64,000 bases of DNA from a virus (IMGVR_UViG_3300020714_000006), one strand, 5' to 3'; counted from the first letter of the stretch, positions 18,895 to 28,185 are shown. Translations and numbers: made by a program. Notes: generated from the letters alone by a model not told the origin.

Positions 18895-19128
18895 ATGAAC
18901 GTAAAAATGATAAGAGAACTGGCATTTGATTGTTATACTGGTAAACATCATGAATTTGATGAGATACTATTTGCCGAGATGATTGTTAAAGAATTCATTA
19001 CAATTTGTAAATCAACAGTAAACGATGAGCAAGACTATGAAGATATGGATGAGTATGAAAAGGGTTGGGCTGATTCTGCTGATCGTATTATTGAGCTATC
19101 AATAAAACATTTTGGAGTCGAAGAATGA
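18895..19128 (+). CDS. Small protein of the FAEMIVKEC..HFGV paralog family.
   Basis: Shares FAEMIVKEF.ICK and a C-terminal KHFGVEE with the other family members. Confidence 0.5.
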   Translation: MNVKMIRELAFDCYTGKHHEFDEILFAEMIVKEFITICKSTVNDEQDYEDMDEYEKGWADSADRIIELSIKHFGVEE

Positions 19129-19391
19129 ACGAGAAAATTAGAGAACTTGCTGAACAGTCTGGTTTCTTTCCAGTTCCTGATGAAATGGAATGGGATTGGG
19201 ACTATAGAGCAGAAAATGCTCGTTATGAAAGGTTTGCCGAGATGATTGTAAAACAATGTATGAAAATTTGTGAGGATCAAGCTAGTCTACAATATGATGC
19301 ATATAGGTTTGATTTTGTAGAACATGATACAAGTGAAACTGCAAGTCAGTGTGCAACACAGATTAAAGAACACTTTGGAGTAAACGAATGA
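19125..19391 (+). CDS. FAEMIVKEC..HFGV-family protein.
   Basis: Contains RFAEMIVKQCMKIC and ends KEHFGVNE. Overlaps its neighbour by ATGA. Confidence 0.5.
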   Translation: MNEKIRELAEQSGFFPVPDEMEWDWDYRAENARYERFAEMIVKQCMKICEDQASLQYDAYRFDFVEHDTSETASQCATQIKEHFGVNE

Positions 19392-19618
19392 ATGAAAGAA
19401 TTAAAGAAATTGCATTAGAATCTTGGGCATATGTATCCTATAATGATGCTCCTAAAGGTATATTAAAAAGAGATTGGTATGACCAGAAATTTGCTGAGTT
19501 GATTGTAAATGAATGTGTAGCAGAAGCAAAAGATGATTGTGCTGGTTGGTCAGAACGCGACCAGTGTCTTGTGATGCAGGTCATGGACAGGATTAAACAA
19601 CATTTTGGAATAAGATAA
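19388..19618 (+). CDS. FAEMIVKEC..HFGV-family protein.
   Basis: Contains KFAELIVNECV and ends KQHFGIR. Confidence 0.5.
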   Translation: MNERIKEIALESWAYVSYNDAPKGILKRDWYDQKFAELIVNECVAEAKDDCAGWSERDQCLVMQVMDRIKQHFGIR

Positions 19619-19809
19619 TGGTAAAAGTAATTTCAACAGAACCACATCCTAGTGTTGTTAAACAAACAGTTTGTAAAAATTGTGGAGCTATGTTAGAATA
19701 CGTTCCAGCAGATATACAAACGCGAAAAGAAAGCGACTATACTGGTGGCGTAGATACTATAAGATTTATTAGTTGTCCTCCTTGTGGTCATAAAAATACA
19801 GTAAAATAG
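19618..19809 (+). CDS. Zn-ribbon protein.
   Basis: CKNCG...CPPCGH. Confidence 0.45.
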   Translation: MVKVISTEPHPSVVKQTVCKNCGAMLEYVPADIQTRKESDYTGGVDTIRFISCPPCGHKNTVK

Positions 19810-19816
19810 GATTAAA

Positions 19817-20017
19817 ATGATTAATAAAATGTGTGCATGTCTGGGTCCGATGTATAACGAACCATATTGTCCATGTAAAATGGTAGATCAAAATTTAGAA
19901 CGAAGTGATGAATATAAAGAATACATGCTACCTGAAAATGTAGAAAAACGTAATGCAGAATTAAAAATTCAACTTGAAAACTGCATGGAGATAATGAAAA
20001 ATTCACGAAAAGATTAA
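19817..20017 (+). CDS. Small Cys-rich protein.
   Basis: CACLGP..CPCK. Confidence 0.4.
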   Translation: MINKMCACLGPMYNEPYCPCKMVDQNLERSDEYKEYMLPENVEKRNAELKIQLENCMEIMKNSRKD

Positions 20018-20041
20018 AGAAAATCTGAAAAATGACTATAA

Positions 20042-20227
20042 TTGAACAACATAACGAAAACGATAATGATTAAAATTTTACAATTCTTATGGCACGGATG
20101 CTGGCACAACTGGGAACTCAGTAGCACTGGCGCAAAATCTATTGATGGTAGACCTAACGGATTATACTATATTTATAAATGCTCTAAATGTAGTAGAATA
20201 GAAGAACGCGGAAAAAACAGTTGGTGA
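20042..20227 (+). CDS. Small Zn-ribbon-like protein.
   Basis: HGCWHNW...CSKCSR. Confidence 0.4.
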   Translation: MNNITKTIMIKILQFLWHGCWHNWELSSTGAKSIDGRPNGLYYIYKCSKCSRIEERGKNSW

Positions 20228-20228
20228 T

Positions 20229-20567
20229 ATGAATCTTAAACAACTTTATGATATTATAGAACGGCAGATGATTCTTTGTGAGCAAAGACATCAAGATCCA
20301 GCTGAAATTAGAGTTTGCATTCCAATTCAAACGGCAAAAGCAATCGGTGGTACACCATGTGCAAATGTCAAACAAGCTAATAAAGGGTTTGATTGGGATG
20401 ATAATAAATTTATGTTATATCCAGAAATAGATTTGAGCTTGACAGATCACGATTATCTTGCTATAATGCGTAAAGAAGCTGAAGAAATCGGCTGGACATC
20501 ATACGAAGTCGGCAATCTTAAACGTGAAGTTAAACGGTTAACGAAACTATTGGAGGATAAAGAATGA
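20229..20567 (+). CDS. Hypothetical protein.
   Basis: ORF. Confidence 0.4.
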   Translation: MNLKQLYDIIERQMILCEQRHQDPAEIRVCIPIQTAKAIGGTPCANVKQANKGFDWDDNKFMLYPEIDLSLTDHDYLAIMRKEAEEIGWTSYEVGNLKREVKRLTKLLEDKE

Positions 20568-20788
20568 AAAAAGCAGAACAAACAGAAATCATAAAGACAA
20601 TTAGAGATAGAGATATCGTTCTTGCAATCGAAAATGCATTAAACTACGGTCCTCCACACGATACCTTATTTTTAGCAGCTTTAACTGAAATAACAGAGTT
20701 GCGTCAACAGATTATTGAATTGGGTGGGACATTACCAATGGCACAAACATTGGATGGACGTCCAAATTATCAGAAATTATATTTATGA
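20564..20788 (+). CDS. Hypothetical protein.
   Basis: ORF with an ATGA overlap. Confidence 0.4.
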   Translation: MKKAEQTEIIKTIRDRDIVLAIENALNYGPPHDTLFLAALTEITELRQQIIELGGTLPMAQTLDGRPNYQKLYL

Positions 20789-20830
20789 ACAATTTTTTAT
20801 TATTAAGTAAACCAACAAGAGGAAACTAAT

Positions 20831-20994
20831 ATGACGATTTATTAGTAATTGGTACATTTTTGGTTGGAGTTTTTATTGGTGGATTTTTATTCCATATGTT
20901 AATAATACGTACTTATGAACTTGAACGAAAATTTGTTATAGAGGTATATGATAAAGCTACTGGACAACTTACTATGGATGAACATCCAATTTAG
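20831..20994 (+). pseudogene. Small membrane protein, paralog of the N-terminus of 36927-37274, with a -1 frameshift in a T run.
   Basis: MTIY in frame 0 is followed by TAG TAA. Frame 2 then reads VIGTFLVGVFIGGFLFHMLIIRTYELERKF, matching the paralog MMILLVIGAFLFGMFIGGFLWNKIIMRAY. The shift is at the TTT run 20838-40. Confidence 0.5.
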
Positions 20995-21032
20995 ATTTAT
21001 GATAATAGTTAAAAATTATTAAAGGATAAAGA

Positions 21033-21239
21033 ATGACTAAAACAAGAATAGATAATAATGTTAATCATGGGTATAAAAATACTCCAAATGAAGTTAGCAG
21101 ATTAAGTTCAAACAATCCAATTTTAGAAAATAATAAAGAAATTACAGAAGAAACTATGCAATCATTGATTGATAGATGTACTGCACTGACTGAAAAAACA
21201 ATGCAATATTTTGCTGATAGTAAGTATGAAAATAAGTGA
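21033..21239 (+). CDS. Hypothetical protein.
   Basis: ORF. Confidence 0.4.
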   Translation: MTKTRIDNNVNHGYKNTPNEVSRLSSNNPILENNKEITEETMQSLIDRCTALTEKTMQYFADSKYENK

Positions 21240-21513
21240 AGTAGTAATACATCAACATAAAAAAACTTGGGAGATTTTGAAGAACGAACAATTAGTTAAT
21301 CAAATGTATGAACTGTATGAAATATTTTTGCATAATACTAAAAATTTTTCAATACAAGCAACTGAAATCTTTGATGAATATAAAATAACTGATCTCATAA
21401 TTGACTATAACAGTTATAAAAAAGAATTATTAGAAATATTTACTACAAAAGACCAAGTAATTAAACTTATTGATAGAATAATTAGCTATTTGGAATATAA
21501 TGAATTAAATTAA
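21211..21513 (+). CDS. Hypothetical protein, paralog of 31264-31551.
   Basis: Shared tail motif KITDLIIDY...QVIKLIDRIISYLEYNELN. Confidence 0.5.
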   Translation: MLIVSMKISEVVIHQHKKTWEILKNEQLVNQMYELYEIFLHNTKNFSIQATEIFDEYKITDLIIDYNSYKKELLEIFTTKDQVIKLIDRIISYLEYNELN

Positions 21514-22063
21514 AGAAACTATTAGAGAATAGAGAATAAAGAATGAATAAAGAATTAGTTTTACTAGTGAGTGGTATTGTTTTAATTGTGTTTGGAAGCG
21601 TGTTCGGTGCAATTGTATATCATAATCATACAAAATATGAATGTGTTAAATTCGCCATAGAAAAAAATATTTCATCAACAGAAGCCAAATCGTTGTGTGA
21701 TATAATAAGATGATCGATATGACACCAATCTACTTTACAATGCTAGATTATAGTAATAATCCAGAAAATCATTTATCAGGTCAATTGATATTTATTTTTG
21801 GTCTAGTACTAGTCGTAGGAATTTTATGGATGATGAAAATAATAAAAGATCTAAAATGAAATGAAAAAATACCTAAACATATTTAGTTTACGAAAATAAA
21901 GAAGGATGAAGATGAATGAGTATAAAGCGTATTATATAGCATACGAAAACCGTATAGTTGCTGGGCCGTTTCAGTCAGTTGAAGCTGCTGTCGATGGTAA
22001 GAAAAAACTTAATCCTAATCCTGCGTTAATAGTAGTAAAATCAACAATATTGTGTGAGGAAGT

Positions 22064-22291
22064 ATGAACGAAAACATTGAAAACTTGAAGAAACAATGTT
22101 ATATTAGTATTGTTGACAGAGATGGCGATATGGAATATAATATGCAAAAATTTGCTGAGTTGATTGTAAAAGAATGTTATCAAATCTGTAAGGATAATCT
22201 TATAGCTGGTGATGACTATGGCGAATTAAATTATAATGATGGTGTTATGGATTGTGGTATTATGATTATGCATCATTTTGGAGTCAAATAA
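22064..22291 (+). CDS. FAEMIVKEC..HFGV-family protein.
   Basis: Contains KFAELIVKECYQICKDN and ends HHFGVK. Confidence 0.5.
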   Translation: MNENIENLKKQCYISIVDRDGDMEYNMQKFAELIVKECYQICKDNLIAGDDYGELNYNDGVMDCGIMIMHHFGVK

Positions 22292-22488
22292 TGAGCAACA
22301 TGATTGGTAATTTGTTATATGTGGCGATTTGTGTGCTATTTCTATATTCAATAGTAATATTAATGCTTCAAATGTCACCATTTATTTCAATTAAAACATT
22401 TGTTAGTTATGAATCAATTATTTTTGGAATACTTAAGGTATTGTTAACTATAGTTGGAATGTTGAGTTTATTGTGGGTATGGAAATAG
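22252..22488 (+). CDS. Small membrane protein.
   Basis: Two hydrophobic helices. Confidence 0.4.
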   Translation: MWYYDYASFWSQIMSNMIGNLLYVAICVLFLYSIVILMLQMSPFISIKTFVSYESIIFGILKVLLTIVGMLSLLWVWK

Positions 22489-22778
22489 GAGCCAAAATGC
22501 CGGAAGATAATTCATCAGAATACTATAATAAAAGAGTTCCAGAGTTAGACAAATTAATAAAGAAAATACAACGTGAGATAAAGAATAAAACAGCAGGTGT
22601 TAACAGACCATCGATACAGTATTGGGCAACAATTGATCCAAAAACAAGATTACCTATTATAAATTTTAAGGGTGAGATTGATACAACATTGCCAAATAGT
22701 AGCATTGATGAATTAACGATTTTACATGATTTGATATTAAAATACGGAAAGGATATAACACGTGAACGAACTAATTAA
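22473..22778 (+). CDS. Hypothetical protein.
   Basis: ORF. Confidence 0.4.
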   Translation: MGMEIGAKMPEDNSSEYYNKRVPELDKLIKKIQREIKNKTAGVNRPSIQYWATIDPKTRLPIINFKGEIDTTLPNSSIDELTILHDLILKYGKDITRERTN

Positions 22779-23043
22779 CGATATAATGCAACAAGCTAAA
22801 ATGTATCATGCCGATAGCAATGGCAATTTAGATGTTGTATATGAACATATTATAAGAGCAACCATCAAAAAATGTATTCATGAAGTATCACAATATAATT
22901 CTTTTTCCTTACACGATGGCATCACACCTGACCTAACAGTAGAACAACGTGAGGAAATTGCTTATATAAAAGGAATAGATCAAGGGTACAATGATGCTGT
23001 TCAACAAATTGCAGATGGACTTAGAAACATAATTGGTGTATAA
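22762..23043 (+). CDS. Hypothetical protein, possibly a distant HFGV-family member.
   Basis: ORF ending NIIGV. Confidence 0.35.
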   Translation: MNELINDIMQQAKMYHADSNGNLDVVYEHIIRATIKKCIHEVSQYNSFSLHDGITPDLTVEQREEIAYIKGIDQGYNDAVQQIADGLRNIIGV

Positions 23044-23237
23044 TGAACAACCAAGATTTAGAATTTATACAAGCAGTTTCTGACTGGCGTCTTAATAAAC
23101 CAAAAAAAGAAATAGCTGCCTGGTGGTGGGAAGAACTTACCAGTGATGGATGGGTTGAATGTGCTGATACAGATAAACCACCAGAAAATGAATATAGAAG
23201 AAATATAACTCCATTAATTAAATTGATAAAAGAATAA
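23043..23237 (+). CDS. Hypothetical protein.
   Basis: ORF. Confidence 0.35.
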   Translation: MNNQDLEFIQAVSDWRLNKPKKEIAAWWWEELTSDGWVECADTDKPPENEYRRNITPLIKLIKE

Positions 23238-23241
23238 CAAA

Positions 23242-23559
23242 ATGAATGATATTATTATAGAACGACCAACACAATTGGTACAAGAACCGGTTGCTTGGAT
23301 GTATGATTGGGATGATGAACATGGCCGAACCCGTATTAATCTATTAACTACAGATCCAGAGCATAGTCATTTACAAACGGCTTTTAATATTACACCACTC
23401 TATTCATCACCACAAACACCAAAACAAGAGCCTTTGAGTGATCGTGAAATTCTTAAAAATACGCCACATTTGGCAAATTTTGAAAGAACTGGTGTATATG
23501 GCTGTTTAATGTTCGAATATGGAGTTAGATTTGCTGAAAAACATCACGATATTAAATGA
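23242..23559 (+). CDS. Hypothetical protein.
   Basis: ORF. Confidence 0.4.
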   Translation: MNDIIIERPTQLVQEPVAWMYDWDDEHGRTRINLLTTDPEHSHLQTAFNITPLYSSPQTPKQEPLSDREILKNTPHLANFERTGVYGCLMFEYGVRFAEKHHDIK

Positions 23560-23803
23560 GATGAGTGCAGAACGAGAACTATTAAGAAAAATTATGGATT
23601 CAGGTTTGTTAAATATGGATTTAAGCATAGAAGTAGAAAAACTACTTGACCAACCTGAACCAGAACCTGTTGTTAGAGTTCATAGCATACACGCGGACGG
23701 TGAAACATTACCTGTATATATTCTGGGTGAGGTATTATCTAATGAACCTAATATTTGGGATTTACCTATAAAATATGATGATCTTCTCTACTTAAAAGGA
23801 TAA
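23519..23803 (+). CDS. Hypothetical protein.
   Basis: ORF. Confidence 0.35.
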   Translation: MELDLLKNITILNEMSAERELLRKIMDSGLLNMDLSIEVEKLLDQPEPEPVVRVHSIHADGETLPVYILGEVLSNEPNIWDLPIKYDDLLYLKG

Positions 23804-23806
23804 CAC

Positions 23807-24208
23807 ATGAAAATTAAAAGAAATTCACTGATATATAAAATTGCAGAATTTGGAGATCCATCTGTTGGAATGTACGGAAATACATGTGATTTTATAAACA
23901 GCCTTATTACTGGAATTGCAAGTTTTAGTATTATGTCCTTTGCTGTAGGGTGTATGATATTTTCAATTTATCATACAATTTGCTATTTTATAGATCCATC
24001 TATTGGATTTCGACCATCAACAGACATATCTAGTGTGATTATGGTTATGGGTTTGTTATTTAATGGAATTGTTCTATTATTTGGATCTTTTGGATTGTAT
24101 ATGGAGTATAGATGGAACCATCGGGCACTAACAAAATCACCATCTAAGATTACTTTACTTTGGCGTTCATTTCGTGATAAGATATGCGTAAAAATTGAAT
24201 ATGAATAA
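23807..24208 (+). CDS. Membrane protein.
   Basis: Three or four hydrophobic helices. Confidence 0.45.
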   Translation: MKIKRNSLIYKIAEFGDPSVGMYGNTCDFINSLITGIASFSIMSFAVGCMIFSIYHTICYFIDPSIGFRPSTDISSVIMVMGLLFNGIVLLFGSFGLYMEYRWNHRALTKSPSKITLLWRSFRDKICVKIEYE

Positions 24209-24241
24209 CCAAACTCATTTTTAAGAAATTTAGGAATTAAT

Positions 24242-24475
24242 ATGACAACATCATTATGTAATTGGTTTTTCTTATTTGTAATGTTTATTGGTCCAGTATT
24301 ATGTATTGTTGCAATGCTTATAATTGGACTAATTGATTCGTTTAAACGCAAAGATACTGAAAACATAGAACAACGTTCAGTAAAACAATGGCGTGAAAAT
24401 AATTTAAGAGCTCAACACGAAATGAGAAAAGATTCTGGATGGTATGTATACGATGACAAACAAAGAAAAAGATGA
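24242..24475 (+). CDS. Small membrane protein.
   Basis: N-terminal transmembrane helix. Confidence 0.4.
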   Translation: MTTSLCNWFFLFVMFIGPVLCIVAMLIIGLIDSFKRKDTENIEQRSVKQWRENNLRAQHEMRKDSGWYVYDDKQRKR

Positions 24476-24664
24476 AAGAATTGAAGAACTAGAAGATTGG
24501 AAAATGAGATTTAATTGGAACCTACACGGTGAAGTTGAATCATGGGGAGATTGGGAAACAGCATATCCTATTGATGCTGCTGAATTAGAAGAATTAAAAA
24601 GGTTGACAAACCGAAATAATGGTAGTATACTACACACATAAACTAAACTATTGAGGAATTTAAA

Positions 24665-24859
24665 ATGTATATGAGAGAATATTACCTTGTTGTAACACCG
24701 GACGAACAATACGCCCACTTAGAATATGTTGAAGGACCAATGTCTAAAGAACTTGCCATGGAAAAGGCTTTTAATAAAAACACATATGATCGTTACGAGG
24801 GTGGGAGATATGATGTTGTTGTAAAAATTATTCAAGGGCTTGAATATATCGAAGAATAA
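24665..24859 (+). CDS. Hypothetical protein.
   Basis: ORF with a GAGG RBS. Confidence 0.4.
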   Translation: MYMREYYLVVTPDEQYAHLEYVEGPMSKELAMEKAFNKNTYDRYEGGRYDVVVKIIQGLEYIEE

Positions 24860-24863
24860 GGGG

Positions 24864-24892
24864 TTGACAAAAGGTAAGACCGATAGTATAAT
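24864..24892 (+). promoter_or_regulatory. Sigma70 consensus promoter.
   Basis: TTGACA(24864-69), a 17-nt spacer, then TATAAT(24887-92). The core is identical to that of the 17852 promoter. Confidence 0.7.
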
Positions 24893-24926
24893 ATACACAT
24901 AATTTAAAACAACTAGGAGCAACTCA

Positions 24927-25181
24927 ATGAGTTCACATAAAATAGAATATGTCAAATATATTAAAATTTCATATACTATTCCTTTACATTCAAGTAAAGG
25001 AAATTTTATAGCTGATGTAACCGATTCAAAAGAATTCAAAACTGCACATCACGCCGCAAGATGGTATGCCCAAAAATGGTCAAATAAGAGATGGAGACAT
25101 TTGCCATATAATCCCGATGATGGTAAACAAGCTGTTGTCGAACGCAGAGTTAAAAAGATTTTTAAAAAATACTTACCATAG
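24927..25181 (+). CDS. Hypothetical basic protein.
   Basis: ORF downstream of a promoter, with an AGGAG RBS. Confidence 0.45.
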   Translation: MSSHKIEYVKYIKISYTIPLHSSKGNFIADVTDSKEFKTAHHAARWYAQKWSNKRWRHLPYNPDDGKQAVVERRVKKIFKKYLP

Positions 25182-25192
25182 GAAATATCATA

Positions 25193-25585
25193 ATGACTTA
25201 TACAACAACACCATTAGCATCTTATGATACTCTTAATAACCATGTCGGGTTTTATGTTACAATAGGTGTAGCTTTTGTGATATTAGCGGTATATAGAAAA
25301 GATGATTTCGCATGGATTTCAATAAGTATTTGGGTTATAATTACTGCTATAGTTAGTTGGAATTCTGGTGAAATTAGAGTATATAAAAACAATCCAGTTA
25401 TTGGGCATTTGGTTAGATTTGAACCAGAAGTATGGGATGAAGAACACCATGGACCAAAAAATCAGGTGTCTCATACTACTGAAAGAAAAATGTATGTGGT
25501 ATACCAAGTAGATGGCAATGAAGTAATATTCGATGCCAATAAAGGTGAACCATATCCACAAACAGCAACACTTTATCAAAATTAA
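25193..25585 (+). CDS. Membrane protein with two transmembrane helices.
   Basis: Hydrophobic helices at about residues 20-35 and 45-65. Confidence 0.45.
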   Translation: MTYTTTPLASYDTLNNHVGFYVTIGVAFVILAVYRKDDFAWISISIWVIITAIVSWNSGEIRVYKNNPVIGHLVRFEPEVWDEEHHGPKNQVSHTTERKMYVVYQVDGNEVIFDANKGEPYPQTATLYQN

Positions 25586-25600
25586 ACAATAGAGATTAAA

Positions 25601-26665
25601 ATGACATATTATATTAAGCAAGGCGACATCTTTAAACCTAGTTCAGAAGCATCTTTAGACATTCGTAATGAATTACCAGTTGGTAATTATACAATTGGTA
25701 AAGATATGTATGATAACTTCTTTTTTCAAACAGTTGATTCATTTACATTACCTAATAAACGCTATGGTGATAATACCAAATATAGTGAACGTATCTTTAA
25801 TACTTTCGTAAAAAGAGAAAATGCAACTGGTGTTCTATTAACTGGTGAAAAAGGATCTGGTAAAAGTCTATTAGCTAAATGCCTTTCTAGCAAAGCAGCT
25901 GAGAATAATATTCCAACTATTATTATCAATGCACCTTGGCATGGTGATGGATTTAATAACCTAATTCAAAGCATCCAACAACCATGTGTTATATTGTTTG
26001 ATGAGTTTGAAAAAGTATATGATTCACAACAACAAGAAGCAGTTCTTACACTATTAGATGGTACATTCCCATCTAAGAAATTGTTTGTGCTAACTTGTAA
26101 TGATCAGTGGCGTATTGATAGCAATATGCGTAATCGTCCAGGTCGTATTTTTTATTCTATTGAATTTAAAGGTCTATCTGTGGAATTCATTAAAGAATAC
26201 TGTGAAGATAAGTTAGAGAATAAAACACATATCGAAACTTTATGTAAAGTATCAACACTTTACGAGCAATTTAACTTTGATATGCTTCAAGGAATTGTGG
26301 AAGATATGAATCGATATGATGAAAGTCCACAAGAGGCATTGCAATTATTAAATGCTAAACCAGAGTACAGTAATAAAATGTCATTTACTTGTGCTATGTC
26401 ATTAAATGGTAGATGGTTGGAACAAAAAGAATTCTACTCTAATGGCTGGCAGGGCAATCCATTGTCTTCTCGTAAAAGCATTGAATATCTTAGAGTTGAC
26501 GAAGATGGTGATGAATTCTGGGATAATTATGAACAGTTTGAACATAATGATTTAATTAATGTTGATGCAACCGCTGGTACTTTTACATTTAAAAATAACA
26601 ACGGTAATGTTTTAATCTTGACTAAAAAAACTTATGCGAAACATAATTTCTTTGATGCATTCTAA
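25601..26665 (+). CDS. AAA+ ATPase.
   Basis: Walker A LLTGEKGSGKS, Walker B VILFDEFE, sensor TCN and an Arg finger in RNRPGRIF. Confidence 0.7.
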   Translation: MTYYIKQGDIFKPSSEASLDIRNELPVGNYTIGKDMYDNFFFQTVDSFTLPNKRYGDNTKYSERIFNTFVKRENATGVLLTGEKGSGKSLLAKCLSSKAAENNIPTIIINAPWHGDGFNNLIQSIQQPCVILFDEFEKVYDSQQQEAVLTLLDGTFPSKKLFVLTCNDQWRIDSNMRNRPGRIFYSIEFKGLSVEFIKEYCEDKLENKTHIETLCKVSTLYEQFNFDMLQGIVEDMNRYDESPQEALQLLNAKPEYSNKMSFTCAMSLNGRWLEQKEFYSNGWQGNPLSSRKSIEYLRVDEDGDEFWDNYEQFEHNDLINVDATAGTFTFKNNNGNVLILTKKTYAKHNFFDAF

Positions 26666-26903
26666 GTTAATGAACAACGATAATTCTTGGGGATGGTTAG
26701 TTGTATTACTACTAGTATTTACTGGCCATCCATTAGCATTGGTGATATTATGACCGCATTATTTATGTTTAGATGTTTTTATACTTAATATTTGGAATGA
26801 TATTACATGATATTGACTTAAAACTATTTCTTGCTGCACTTGGAATCCTTATGCTAATTTCAGTTGTAACATATGTTGAAGGATATATTGAAGGGTATAG
26901 CTC

Positions 26904-27350
26904 ATGAAAATATTTGAAATAATTGCAGACAAACTCTCAAAGTCATATATTTTTGAAATGGCATTTGATAGGAAAGATGTTGAAGCGAGGATTACATCAA
27001 TTGCTGATCCAATTGTTGAACACTTAGTTAAAGCTTTAAAATGGGAGGATCCAGTTAATTATGAAAAACATTTAGGTGATATAAACAATTGGTTATTTCA
27101 AATTCAACGATTGAAAATGAAAAACAATAAAAAACCAACTCAACATGATTATTATACTTGGATGTTTACTGATGTAGCACAAGACGAATTAACAATTAGT
27201 AGATTTGTCAAAGGATTACATAGATATCACCATCTACCAATAATTAAAACTGATGATGAAGTTTTTAATATAATTAAGAATATTTTATACCAATTAAGTT
27301 ATGATTTGGCATTGAATAAATTTGATGATATAAATCATTATTTGAAATAG
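26904..27350 (+). CDS. Hypothetical protein.
   Basis: ORF. Confidence 0.4.
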   Translation: MKIFEIIADKLSKSYIFEMAFDRKDVEARITSIADPIVEHLVKALKWEDPVNYEKHLGDINNWLFQIQRLKMKNNKKPTQHDYYTWMFTDVAQDELTISRFVKGLHRYHHLPIIKTDDEVFNIIKNILYQLSYDLALNKFDDINHYLK

Positions 27351-27358
27351 AAAACAAA

Positions 27359-27544
27359 ATGAAAATTTGTAAACGAAATGAAAAATGGAAATCCTTCAGC
27401 GACTACATCTACAAAACTGTTGCATGGAGTGATGATGAATTACCATATTGTCCGATATGTGGAATGTGTTCATATGATTCAGATTATAGTAAAACACACG
27501 ATTATTTTAAATTAAATGAAGGAATTGAAAAATATGAATTTTAA
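27359..27544 (+). CDS. Small Cys-containing protein.
   Basis: CPICGMC. Confidence 0.35.
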   Translation: MKICKRNEKWKSFSDYIYKTVAWSDDELPYCPICGMCSYDSDYSKTHDYFKLNEGIEKYEF

Positions 27545-27698
27545 TATATACACAGTACTAAGACTAATTTTATGTGGTGCCTTTGGGTTCCTAAGTGGAT
27601 TTTGGTTAACATTACCACATGCAATAATTTTAATTTTGTTGGCAATAGTGATTTCTGCAATAGCAATGTATGAAGGGGAAGCAAGTGTCAGAAGGTAA
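27516..27698 (+). CDS. Small membrane protein.
   Basis: Two transmembrane helices. Confidence 0.4.
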   Translation: MKELKNMNFNIYTVLRLILCGAFGFLSGFWLTLPHAIILILLAIVISAIAMYEGEASVRR

Positions 27699-27699
27699 T

Positions 27700-27864
27700 A
27701 TGTCTACAATTACAATAGATTTACCAGATGAAATACTATTTCAACTAATGTTGTTAGCTCACGAACGTGATATCACATTGAATAAATTAATAGAAAGCAT
27801 TCTGCGTGAATATATTGATAGAATAGAACCATCTGAAGCAGATAATCAATTGACAGGTTGTTAA
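27700..27864 (+). CDS. Ribbon-helix-helix (CopG/Arc-like) DNA-binding protein.
   Basis: MSTITIDLPDEILFQLMLLAHERDITLNKLIESILREYI fits a beta-strand plus two-helix RHH fold. The tracked ORF 27670-27864 has an upstream alternative start. Confidence 0.55.
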   Translation: MSTITIDLPDEILFQLMLLAHERDITLNKLIESILREYIDRIEPSEADNQLTGC

Positions 27865-27878
27865 CAACCTGTTATAAT
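27850..27878 (+). promoter_or_regulatory. Sigma70 consensus promoter whose spacer is a perfect 20-bp palindrome (candidate operator).
   Basis: TTGACA(27850-55), the palindrome acaggttgttaacaacctgt(27853-72), then TATAAT(27873-78). The RHH gene's stop codon lies inside the palindrome. Confidence 0.65.
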
Positions 27879-27906
27879 AGAATTTTTAATTTAAACAGAG
27901 AATAAT

Positions 27907-28185
27907 ATGAAAATCAAAACTAGAGTTAAATTTTCGGACAAAGGCCATTTATTAGTTGATGTACCATATAAACATGGTAATGTAACTTGGGCATTGAACT
28001 TCCATAGAAATCATTTTGACTGGATCCTTTTTAATAAACCAGACAAGTATAGTCCAACTAGAGTTACATTGGATCATCACAGTATTTTGAATGGTAAGAA
28101 ATTACGTTCACAAATGATTTCAAAGGCAGCTGCCTCTCATCAATATGGTGTTTTAGACAAAATCAAGGCTACCATTAAGGGGTAA
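27907..28185 (+). CDS. Hypothetical protein downstream of the operator promoter.
   Basis: ORF. Confidence 0.45.
   Translation: MKIKTRVKFSDKGHLLVDVPYKHGNVTWALNFHRNHFDWILFNKPDKYSPTRVTLDHHSILNGKKLRSQMISKAAASHQYGVLDKIKATIKG

Noticed and set aside
27853-27872. The 20-bp palindrome considered as a rho-independent terminator.
   Set aside because: There is no loop and no downstream U tract. It exactly fills the spacer of a consensus promoter, so an operator role is more plausible.
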